A program made the translations under genes and the position numbers. DNA of 36,662 bases, from contig JAYZKH010000020.1 of assembly GCA_036163585.1 (NCBI GenBank), positions 1-36,662 of the forward strand, written 5' to 3'. Positions 19,059 through 27,120 of the stretch are shown here, in pieces; within the stretch, counting starts at the first letter, position 1; each line of letters starts with the position of its first letter. The DNA comes from Fidelibacterota bacterium (GTDB taxonomy: Bacteria > Fidelibacterota > Marinisomatia > Marinisomatales > Marinisomataceae). Below the pieces are notes generated by a model that searched no databases, was not told where the DNA came from, and saw nothing but the letters and a program-made list of their open reading frames with translations.

Positions 19059-19643
19059 ATGAGGGATATGATGCAAATAAGAAATTTAGTTTTATTATTC
19101 AGTACAATTTTGATTGTTAATTGTGCTGGATCTGCTCCTAGTGTAGGAGAAAAAATAACAAATCAACAGTCCAATGAATCTGAAACAAAAATTGTTGAAG
19201 AAGAAGTCAAAGTTGAAACATTTACAGTACAAGAACCAGAAGCTCCACCATTACCTGTAACTGTATTTGAGCCATACATGATAAAAAGAGGTGATTATTT
19301 AATTAAAATCGCATCAAGAGAATATGGAGATTCTTCGATGTGGAGAGAAATCTATGAATGGAACAAAGAAGAAATTGGATCTGATCCAAATAGAATTTAT
19401 CCTTATAATTTTTTATCATTAAAAAGAGAAGCTAGCCAGGCAAAAAATTGTGAATTAGAATTTTTTGATTACCAAATACAATCTGGAGATACTGCATGGA
19501 GCCTTGCCGATGAAATATATGGCGATGAACTCGCATGGGTAATTATCTATATGGATAATGAAAGATTGATTAGAGATAGTGATGGTGTATTACAGCCAGG
19601 AACTATTTTTAAAATGAGAAAAAAATTAGATCCGTGCTCTTAG
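19059..19643 (+). CDS. LysM-repeat lipoprotein (two LysM-like domains)
   Basis: Signal peptide with lipobox (LLFSTILIVNC|AGS). Two LysM-like segments (YMIKRGDYLIKIASREYGD...; YQIQSGDTAWSLADEIYGD...). Start is ambiguous among ATG 19059, 19068 and 19071. A GAGGGA lies just upstream of the ATGATG pair. Confidence 0.6.
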   Translation: MRDMMQIRNLVLLFSTILIVNCAGSAPSVGEKITNQQSNESETKIVEEEVKVETFTVQEPEAPPLPVTVFEPYMIKRGDYLIKIASREYGDSSMWREIYEWNKEEIGSDPNRIYPYNFLSLKREASQAKNCELEFFDYQIQSGDTAWSLADEIYGDELAWVIIYMDNERLIRDSDGVLQPGTIFKMRKKLDPCS

Positions 19644-20206
19644 ATATTCATGATACTCTCTTAAAAACCAAAATAATTAATTCTAATATATTTTATAAAG
19701 AAGAGTTAGAATCAACTAACAAGGAAGCTCAAAAATTAATTAATAACTATGGTATTATTACATGCGATAAACAAACTCATGGTAGAGGAACTCATGGCAA
19801 AAAATGGATTTCAACACCATATAAAGATTTAGCATTTACTATTGTTATTCCTGATAATTGCAACATTAATGGGCAAAATTTAGTTGATATTGCATGTGAA
19901 TCTATTGTTTTCAATCTTAAAAGATTAAAAATCAATTCAAGAATAAAATATCCAAATGATATTTACATTGAAAATAGAAAAATTGCTGGAATATTATGTG
20001 AACAAATAGTCAAAAATCGTATTACAGCACAAGTAATTGGAATAGGAATAAATGTAAATTCTAATTTTGAAGATTTAAAATCAATAAAAGACAAACTATA
20101 TACATCACTATTTATTGAATCAGGAGTAAAAATGAATAGAGAAAATTTATTAAAAAATATAGTAGAAAAAATTGATGAAATTATTCAAAAGCAGGAATAT
20201 CAGTAA
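19634..20206 (+). CDS. birA: Biotin--[acetyl-CoA-carboxylase] ligase, minimal form (no HTH domain, no C-terminal domain)
   Basis: 190 aa with a GTG start. Contains ESTN, GRGTHGKKWIS (variant of GRGRxGRxW), KYPNDIYIENRKIAGILCE and GIGINVN. Overlaps the LysM gene by 10 nt and convergent gcdH by 26 nt. Confidence 0.65.
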   Translation: MLLDIHDTLLKTKIINSNIFYKEELESTNKEAQKLINNYGIITCDKQTHGRGTHGKKWISTPYKDLAFTIVIPDNCNINGQNLVDIACESIVFNLKRLKINSRIKYPNDIYIENRKIAGILCEQIVKNRITAQVIGIGINVNSNFEDLKSIKDKLYTSLFIESGVKMNRENLLKNIVEKIDEIIQKQEYQ

Positions 20207-21350
20207 TCTTTTGACCTAAAATCAATGTATGTATTTCATGAGTGCCTTCATAGGTATATACTGTTTCTAAATTCATCATATGTCTCATAATCGAATAGTC
20301 ATCCATGATTCCATTAGCACCAAGAATTTCTCGTGCTAGTTTTGCACAGTTTCGAGCAATTGCAACATTATTCTTTTTGCCAAGAGATATATGAGAAAAA
20401 TCTAGATCTCCACTATCTTTAAGTTTCCCTAATTGTAAAGCAAGTAGCTGTGCTTTAGTTATTTCTTCAATCATATATACAAGTTTTTGCTGAGTTAGTT
20501 GAAATCCAGCAATTGGCTTTGAAAATTGCTTTCTATCTTTACTATAATTCAATGCTACTTCATAACAGTCAATAGCTGCACCAATTGTACCCCATGCGAT
20601 AGAATACCTTGCTTGAGTTAGGCATGACAATGGGCCTTTTAAGCCTTCAATATTTGGAAGTCGATTAGCATCTGGCACTCTTACATCTTTCATAAATAAC
20701 TCTGAAGTAACTGAAGCTCTTAAACTCATCTTTCCATGAATATCAGATGTAGTAAATCCTTCCATATCTTTTTCTAATAAAAATCCTCTAATAATACCAT
20801 CTTCATCTTTGGCCCAAACTACTGCAATATCTGCTATTGAACCATTTGTAATCCACATTTTTGAACCATTAATTATCCAATCGTCTCCATCTTTTACAGC
20901 TTTAGTCTTCATTCCACCAGGATCTGAACCATGATTTGATTCGGTTAAACCAAAACATCCGACTGATTTACCAGATGCTAATGATGGTAACCATTTTTCT
21001 TTTTGTTCTTCTGTCCCATACTGATATATAGGAAACATGACTAAAGAACCTTGGACACTGCAAACTGACCGTAAACCTGAATCGCCTTTTTCGAGCTCCT
21101 GCATTATTAAACCATAAGCATTGCTACTTATTTCACTTCCCCCATATTTTTTAGGTAATGTGGCTCCAAAAAATCCTAATTCCCCCATTTTTGGAATCAA
21201 ATCAAGAGGGAAAGAACCTTTTTCATAGTATTCGTTTATTATTGGTAAAAATTCTTGTGAAACAAATTCATTTGCTGTTTTTTGAATTAGAAGCTCCTCA
21301 TCGCTTAACAAGGAAGTAATATTGCAGAAATCTGGACCAATATATTTCAT
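20181..21350 (-). CDS. gcdH: Acyl-CoA dehydrogenase, glutaryl-CoA dehydrogenase type
   Basis: 389 aa. GCFGLTESNHGSDPGGM and WITNGSIADIAVVWAK, plus the C-terminal YTYEGTHEIHTLILGQ typical of GCDH. Confidence 0.7.
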   Translation of the reverse strand: MKYIGPDFCNITSLLSDEELLIQKTANEFVSQEFLPIINEYYEKGSFPLDLIPKMGELGFFGATLPKKYGGSEISSNAYGLIMQELEKGDSGLRSVCSVQGSLVMFPIYQYGTEEQKEKWLPSLASGKSVGCFGLTESNHGSDPGGMKTKAVKDGDDWIINGSKMWITNGSIADIAVVWAKDEDGIIRGFLLEKDMEGFTTSDIHGKMSLRASVTSELFMKDVRVPDANRLPNIEGLKGPLSCLTQARYSIAWGTIGAAIDCYEVALNYSKDRKQFSKPIAGFQLTQQKLVYMIEEITKAQLLALQLGKLKDSGDLDFSHISLGKKNNVAIARNCAKLAREILGANGIMDDYSIMRHMMNLETVYTYEGTHEIHTLILGQKITDIPAFE

Positions 21351-22136
21351 TTAATATAATAAATCTGAAATGTTATCAAACAACATAGAATTTGTAGCAA
21401 TTATAGGGTCTGTAACAAGGGTTTTCTTTTGATTGTATATAATATTCTTACCATCAATTTTTTTCATTACCCCACCAGCTTCACTAATGATACAATCTCC
21501 AGCACAAATATCCCATTCATTCTTAGGAGCGACTGTTGCAGTAATATCATATATGCCTGATGCAGCTAAGCCTAATTTGTAGGCAATACTACCACAAGAT
21601 TTTATGGAAGAAAAATTATTTTTATAGCTATTCCATAATCCTTTAGTTTTCTCAGATCTACTAACAATAATTGATGCATCTTTAATATGTTCTACAGTAG
21701 AAATTTGTATTTGATTTCCATTCAAAAATGCACCTTTATTCTTTTGAGCATAAAACATTTCATCTGATATAGGATTATAAATAACTCCTATAACAGGAAT
21801 ACTATCTTCAACAAGTGCAATACTGACACAAAATTCAGGAAGTTTCTGAATAAATTCTTTTGTTCCATCTAGTGGATCAACAATCCAAGTGCGTTTTTTA
21901 TCTAATCTATCAATTGTATCAACAGTTTCCTCAGAAAGCCAACCATCATGAGGAAATTCTCCACCTAAAAAACTGGCAAGATATTTATCAGCTTCATAAT
22001 CTGCAGCTGTAACAGGGCTATTTCCTGATTCTTTTTTATATTGAATATCTTTAGAATGAGATTTGAAATGTTTGTTTAAGATTTTTCCTGCATTCCTAGC
22101 AGCAACCTTTGCAGCAATTAATTCTTCGTTAAACAT
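21351..22136 (-). CDS. cysQ: Inositol-monophosphatase-family phosphatase, CysQ-like 3'(2'),5'-bisphosphate nucleotidase
   Basis: 261 aa. WLSEETVD, WIVDPLDGTKEFI and PEFCVSIALVED...GVIYNP. The stop abuts the gcdH start (TAAATG). Confidence 0.6.
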   Translation of the reverse strand: MFNEELIAAKVAARNAGKILNKHFKSHSKDIQYKKESGNSPVTAADYEADKYLASFLGGEFPHDGWLSEETVDTIDRLDKKRTWIVDPLDGTKEFIQKLPEFCVSIALVEDSIPVIGVIYNPISDEMFYAQKNKGAFLNGNQIQISTVEHIKDASIIVSRSEKTKGLWNSYKNNFSSIKSCGSIAYKLGLAASGIYDITATVAPKNEWDICAGDCIISEAGGVMKKIDGKNIIYNQKKTLVTDPIIATNSMLFDNISDLLY

Positions 22137-22336
22137 AGATAGTTCAGATTATATACATTTTAAATGTAAAAATCGTTAAATTCCTTCCGAAACTGAGGAT
22201 AGAATTTAAAAGTTATTATTTTTTGTTTTTTAAAATTTAGAATTGATAAAGATTTTTTATTCCTATTTTTATTCTCTCCTCTTTTCACTAGAAATGAACT
22301 AATTGCTCTTTAACAAGAGTAAAGATAGAGGCTATA
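22137..22336. promoter_or_regulatory. Divergent intergenic region between cysQ-like gene (minus) and rng (plus); likely promoters and the rng 5' leader
   Basis: 200-bp non-coding gap between divergent starts, very T-rich in the middle. GAGG lies 5 nt before the rng ATG. No consensus elements assigned. Confidence 0.4.
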
Positions 22337-23839
22337 ATGAAAAAAGAGATTTATATTAGTGAAAGCATCGGGGAGACCCGAATAGCTGTCAAAGAGAATG
22401 GTAAGCTTGCAGAAGTACATGTGGATAAACAATCACAAGAACGCACTGTAGGAAATATCTATAAGGGAGTTGTTGAAAATGTAATCCCAGGCATGCAAGC
22501 TGCTTTTATCAATATTGGACAAGAAAATAATGCATTCTTACCTTTTTCTGAAATATCAGATCCAGAATTGATAGCAAATTCAAATAGTAATTCAAATAAT
22601 TCGAAAGAAATCAATGTGCTTCTTACCCCTGGACAAGAAATTATTGTTCAAGTCATTAAAGAACCATTTGACAAGAAGGGAGCACGCATTACAACAGACT
22701 TATCAATTGCTGGACGATTTATTGTTTTGGTACCTAACTCAAAATATGTTGGAGTATCAAAAAAAATGAGAGATAAATATGAAAGAAGAAGATTGAAAAA
22801 AATAGCATTTGAAATGAAAAAACATGGATTAGGTATAATCATACGAACTGTTGCAGAAGGAAAGACAGAAAAACAAATACAAAATGATTATTCCAATTTA
22901 GAAAAAAAATATAATCAATTAATTGATTTATCTGAAAAAAGTAAAGCTCCTAAACTAATCCACAGTGATTTAGAAATGACATCAAGTGTTCTTAGAGATT
23001 TAGTAAGTGATAATGTTAAAAAAATTGTGGTGGACTCAAAAAATAATTTCAAAAAAATACAGAAAATTATCAAAGAAGATTCTCTAGATATAGAAGATTC
23101 AATTGAATATCATAAAAAAAGAATACCTTTATTTAAAGAACAACAAATTGATGATGATCTAATGAAGCTACTTAGAAAAAAAGTTTGGCTAAAAAGTGGA
23201 GCATATATAATCGTTGAAAGAACAGAAGCAATGGTTGTAGTTGATGTTAATAGTGGAAAATTTGTTGGTAAAAAAGGACATGAAGAGAATTCTTTAAAAA
23301 TTAATTTGGAAGCAGCAAAAGAAATTGCAAAACAATTAAGATTGAGACACATGTCGGGATTAATCTTGATTGATTTTATTGATATGGTTTCTTCTCAAAA
23401 TAGAAAGAAAGTATATATTGAAATGAAAAAAGAATTAAAAAAAGATCGTGCAAAAGTAGCAGTATCAGAAATCTCTGAATTTGGTGTATTAGAAATGACT
23501 AGAGAACGTACTGGATTAAGTATTGTTGATTCACTAACAGAATCCTGTGATGATTGTAGAGGAATGGGAAGAATAATATCAAAAGATACATTATTAACAA
23601 AAATTGATTATTGGTTACGTGATTATAAACAAAAAAATAAAGATTTAAGATTAAAACTATTTTTACATCCTGAAATTGCACATTATCTTAAAAAAGAACA
23701 GAAAAAAGCATATATTCGTCTGATGTGGGAAAATTTTGTTTATTTAAAAATAGTTGAAGATATTAATGTTCAAAAAAACCATTTTAAATTTACAAAAATA
23801 AATAATGACGAAGATATTACGAGTGAAATAGTCACTTGA
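22337..23839 (+). CDS. rng: Rne/Rng-family endoribonuclease (RNase G-like)
   Basis: 500 aa. S1 domain GNIYKGVVENVIPGMQAAFINIG, then the catalytic core (VVDVNSGKF, LILIDFIDM) and a CDDCRG zinc-link-like motif. Size fits RNase G rather than RNase E. Confidence 0.8.
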   Translation: MKKEIYISESIGETRIAVKENGKLAEVHVDKQSQERTVGNIYKGVVENVIPGMQAAFINIGQENNAFLPFSEISDPELIANSNSNSNNSKEINVLLTPGQEIIVQVIKEPFDKKGARITTDLSIAGRFIVLVPNSKYVGVSKKMRDKYERRRLKKIAFEMKKHGLGIIIRTVAEGKTEKQIQNDYSNLEKKYNQLIDLSEKSKAPKLIHSDLEMTSSVLRDLVSDNVKKIVVDSKNNFKKIQKIIKEDSLDIEDSIEYHKKRIPLFKEQQIDDDLMKLLRKKVWLKSGAYIIVERTEAMVVVDVNSGKFVGKKGHEENSLKINLEAAKEIAKQLRLRHMSGLILIDFIDMVSSQNRKKVYIEMKKELKKDRAKVAVSEISEFGVLEMTRERTGLSIVDSLTESCDDCRGMGRIISKDTLLTKIDYWLRDYKQKNKDLRLKLFLHPEIAHYLKKEQKKAYIRLMWENFVYLKIVEDINVQKNHFKFTKINNDEDITSEIVT

Positions 23840-23872
23840 AAGATACTAAATTAGCTATTAAGTTCTCGCGCT

Positions 23873-24223
23873 ATGATTGCAATTGTAGAAATATATGGAA
23901 AGCAGTATAAAGTCACTAAAGGTGACACTATTACGATTAATTCTAAGATTGACTTAGATATAGGAAAAACTGTCAAATTTGATGCTGTAAAAGCAGTGTT
24001 TGATAAAGATAAAAATGTATTTAGTCCAAAAGAATTAGATAAATATAAAGTAAGTGCTAAAATAGTTAACCATTCTCGAGATAAAAAAATAACTGTGATT
24101 AAAAAGAAAAGAAGAAAAGGTTATCAAAGAAAAAATGGTCATAGACAAGATTTAACAATGATTGAAATTCAATCAATCACTGGTAGTGCAAAAAAAGCTG
24201 TAAAAACTGATAAAGAGAAGTAA
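23873..24223 (+). CDS. rplU: 50S ribosomal protein L21
   Basis: 116 aa. Starts MIAIVEIYGKQYKVTKGD and has a basic C-terminal extension. Followed by rpmA. Confidence 0.9.
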   Translation: MIAIVEIYGKQYKVTKGDTITINSKIDLDIGKTVKFDAVKAVFDKDKNVFSPKELDKYKVSAKIVNHSRDKKITVIKKKRRKGYQRKNGHRQDLTMIEIQSITGSAKKAVKTDKEK

Positions 24224-24235
24224 AGAGGTAGATGT

Positions 24236-24490
24236 ATGGCTCATAAGAAGGGACAAGGAAGTTCAAGAAATGGAAGAGATTCCGTATCAAAAAGATTAGG
24301 GGTGAAAACTTCTGATGGACAATCAATTCTCTCTGGAGGCATTATTCTTAAACAGCGAGGTACAAAATACCATCCAGGAAGAAATGTTAAACGATCAGGT
24401 GATGATTCATTATTTGCAACATCAAATGGAATTGTCAAATTCAGTAAAAAAGGTAAAAATACTTTTGTAAGTGTAATTGCTAAAGACTAA
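24236..24490 (+). CDS. rpmA: 50S ribosomal protein L27
   Basis: 84 aa. Contains [16 protein letters not shown] and [17 protein letters not shown] lies upstream of the ATG. Confidence 0.95.
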   Translation: MAHKKGQGSSRNGRDSVSKRLGVKTSDGQSILSGGIILKQRGTKYHPGRNVKRSGDDSLFATSNGIVKFSKKGKNTFVSVIAKD

Positions 24491-24491
24491 A

Positions 24492-25427
24492 ATGCCAAGA
24501 ACAAAAATATCATTAATTGGTGGTGGACAAGTCGGTGGAAATATTGCTCTTCTTGCAGCTCAAAAAGAACTAGGAGATATTGTAATTATTGATATTCCCG
24601 AAGCTGAAAATTTTATCAAAGGTAAAGCACTAGATATATCACAACTTCTTCCTCATGATGGATTTGACTCCAAATTAGTTGGATCATCAAATTTTCAAGA
24701 AATAAAAGATTCTGATGTAGTAGTAATTACTGCAGGATTTCCAAGACAGCCTGGTATGAATAGAGAAGATTTACTAAGTAAAAATTTATCTATTATGACA
24801 AATGTAGCCAATGAAGTCAAAACACATGCTCCTAATGCATTTGTTATTGTTGTATCAAACCCATTAGATGCTATGGTTTATGCATTTTATAAAGTTTCTG
24901 GATTTGAAAAGAATAAAGTAGTTGGAATGGCAGGTGCACTAGATAGTGCAAGATTTAGATCATTTATCGCTGCAGAAACTAACCTTTCTTCTCAAGATGT
25001 TACCTGTATGGTACTTGGTGGACACGGAGACACAATGGTACCAATCAGTAGATTAGCTAATGTTGGAGGAGTTCCATTAAGTTCATTATTAAGTGAAGAC
25101 AAAATTAATGAAATTGAAGAACGAACAAGATTTGGTGGTGGAGAAATTGTAAAATTATTTGGTAAAGGATCTGCATTTTATGCTCCAGCACAGTCGGCAG
25201 TAGAAATGGTTGAAAGTTTTGTTAGAGATAAAAAAAGAGTTATTCCATGTGCTTCATTGTGCGAAGGAGAATTTGATATTGATGGATACTTTATTGGAGT
25301 ACCAACAGTAATTGGTAGTAATGGAGTGGAAAAAATTCTTACATTTGAACTCAATGAAGAAGAAAAGAATGCACTGGACAATACTCTATCAGAAGTTAAG
25401 AAGACAGTCGAAGAAACTGGACTGTAA
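24492..25427 (+). CDS. mdh: Malate dehydrogenase (LDH-like MDH family)
   Basis: Contains KISLIGGGQVGG (Rossmann), ITAGFPRQPGMNREDL and MVLGGHGDTMVP. I prefer ATG 24492 (MPRTKISLIGGG), 1 nt after the rpmA stop, over the TTG at 24477 used by the track. Confidence 0.85.
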   Translation: MPRTKISLIGGGQVGGNIALLAAQKELGDIVIIDIPEAENFIKGKALDISQLLPHDGFDSKLVGSSNFQEIKDSDVVVITAGFPRQPGMNREDLLSKNLSIMTNVANEVKTHAPNAFVIVVSNPLDAMVYAFYKVSGFEKNKVVGMAGALDSARFRSFIAAETNLSSQDVTCMVLGGHGDTMVPISRLANVGGVPLSSLLSEDKINEIEERTRFGGGEIVKLFGKGSAFYAPAQSAVEMVESFVRDKKRVIPCASLCEGEFDIDGYFIGVPTVIGSNGVEKILTFELNEEEKNALDNTLSEVKKTVEETGL

Positions 25428-26187
25428 TAACTTTATTAAAATAGTTTTTTTCTTATTTTTATTTCCTTTAAATACCCTGCATGGACAAACTTCTCTTTAT
25501 ATAAACGAAGAAATAGAAGGTTCATTTTCTCAAGGAACAATGAAAGGAAGTATCAATAGATACTTTTCTGAAGATACATACTATATTAAAAGTAATTTTA
25601 ATATCAAAATACTCCGAGTATTCAATATAAAACGAGACGAAAGTTATGTTATCTCAATTAAAGACTCTTTAGTAACAAAAATCAATCATAAAAAAAGGAA
25701 ATATGTAGTTTATTCACTTTCAGAATTTCTAGAAGATGCTGCAAATAATCCACAAGGAGGCCCACCTGAAAGAGATGATGAGGAAGACAGTCAGGATGAT
25801 AATATGGATATTGAAATTTCAGAAGAAATTGAATTAGTAAATAATTTTGAAACTAGAAAAGCAGAAATTACCGTTAAAGAAGAAGATGAAGAATTGAATA
25901 TGTTAATATGGTTTACAGAAAAAACTTTAAAAGCACCAATCATAGAATCAACACGTACAAAATTAGAAAATATATTTAGTGGTTCAATCCCTCCAAGTTT
26001 AGGTTTTAATGAAATGAATATTCCATTTGAAGAATATGATATTAATAAAGATGCTGTTAATGTAAGATTTAAAACAATTAATACAAATGGGACATTTACT
26101 TATAATCTATTTGAATATTCAAGTAAAGATTCATTGCCAGACATATTCAAAATTCCTGAAAATTACAAAAAAGTAAAGAAACTATAA
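25369..26187 (+). CDS. Secreted hypothetical protein with acidic central segment (possibly a LolA-like / DUF4412-like fold)
   Basis: Signal-peptide-like IVFFLFLFPLNTLHG|QTSLY, a D/E-rich insert (ERDDEEDSQDDNMDIEISEE) and a C-terminal FKIPENYKKV. The start is uncertain: TTG 25312, ATG 25354 and ATG 25369 all overlap mdh, whereas in-frame ATT 25435 would give a canonical 17-aa signal peptide. Confidence 0.45.
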   Translation: MHWTILYQKLRRQSKKLDCNNFIKIVFFLFLFPLNTLHGQTSLYINEEIEGSFSQGTMKGSINRYFSEDTYYIKSNFNIKILRVFNIKRDESYVISIKDSLVTKINHKKRKYVVYSLSEFLEDAANNPQGGPPERDDEEDSQDDNMDIEISEEIELVNNFETRKAEITVKEEDEELNMLIWFTEKTLKAPIIESTRTKLENIFSGSIPPSLGFNEMNIPFEEYDINKDAVNVRFKTINTNGTFTYNLFEYSSKDSLPDIFKIPENYKKVKKL

Positions 26188-26193
26188 CCAACA

Positions 26194-27120
26194 CTAGCGC
26201 AACGAATTAATATTTCTTTTTAAGCCTTTATATTTAGTACGTTTTACAGCAGAATCTTTAAAACTTGATTTAAAATTTTCTTCATTCAAATTTTCCCAAT
26301 CTGATTTAAAAAAATTCACCAATGAATCTCTTGCTTGAAAATGTTTATCTTTTTTTATTTGTTCAAACTTAATATTCCATGGACAAACTTCTTGGCATAT
26401 ATCACATCCATAAATCCAATTATGCAAATCTTCATGTTCAAAATCTTCTCTATACTCAATAGTTAGATAAGAAATACATTTATTTGAATCAATCTTATAT
26501 TCTGTTAATGCATTTGTTGGACAAGAATCAATACATGCTGTACAACTCCCACATAAATCTTCTTCAAAAGGAAGATCATAGTCTAATTTTCTATCAATTA
26601 GTATTTCTGCCAAGAATATCCAGCTTCCTAATTCTTTGGTAAGTAAATTGGTATTCTTACCTTGCCAACCAATTCCTGCTTTTTGAGCCCATTGTTTTTC
26701 CATAATTGGTGCTGTATCAACACATAAGATTATTTTTATTGATGGATCATGCTTTAAAATTTCATTTTTAATATCATATAATTTGTTTTTAATAATTTTA
26801 TGATAGTCGTCTCCCCAAGCATAATTGCTAAACTTAACTTCTGAATTGTAATCTTTTGAGAATTCTGAGCTTCGTTTTGTAAAATAATTAAAAGCCAATG
26901 AAATTACTGTTTGTACTTCGGGAAAATAGTTAAAGATATCTCTACGTTCTTCTTTTCTTGATTCCATCCATTGCATTGTTCCATGATGCTTTGATTCTAT
27001 CCACTTATCAAAGTATTTATTTGGATCAATATTTTCTTTTGGATTTGCAAAACCAATTTTATCAAAACCTAATTCAATAGATTTTTTTGAAATAATGCTT
27101 TTAAGATTTGTTTCTACCAT
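26194..27120 (-). CDS. queG: tRNA epoxyqueuosine(34) reductase
   Basis: Contains LGFDKIGFA near the N-terminus, CGSCTACIDSCPTNA and CDICQEVCPWN (two 4Fe-4S motifs), and GWQGKNTNLL. I prefer ATG 27120 (MVETNLKS...) over the track start at 27201, which runs deep into the upstream TPR gene. Confidence 0.8.
   Translation of the reverse strand: MVETNLKSIISKKSIELGFDKIGFANPKENIDPNKYFDKWIESKHHGTMQWMESRKEERRDIFNYFPEVQTVISLAFNYFTKRSSEFSKDYNSEVKFSNYAWGDDYHKIIKNKLYDIKNEILKHDPSIKIILCVDTAPIMEKQWAQKAGIGWQGKNTNLLTKELGSWIFLAEILIDRKLDYDLPFEEDLCGSCTACIDSCPTNALTEYKIDSNKCISYLTIEYREDFEHEDLHNWIYGCDICQEVCPWNIKFEQIKKDKHFQARDSLVNFFKSDWENLNEENFKSSFKDSAVKRTKYKGLKRNINSLR

Noticed and set aside
22155-22167. 13-nt palindrome ACATTT-T-AAATGT 19 nt upstream of the cysQ-like start
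   Set aside because: Short AT-only palindromes are common in this composition, and there is no second copy or known motif match.
22304-22321. Small hairpin (TGCTCTT-TAAC-AAGAGTA) just upstream of the rng ribosome-binding site as an autoregulatory 5' element
   Set aside because: It has only 5 Watson-Crick pairs plus one G-U pair and one terminal A-T pair. That is too weak to call without conservation evidence.
22574-22606. Asn/Ser repeat (ANSNSNSNNSKE) within the RNase G S1 region as a tandem repeat or contingency locus
   Set aside because: This is an imperfect, in-frame low-complexity insertion typical of AT-rich genomes. It is not a perfect nucleotide repeat capable of slippage-driven phase variation.
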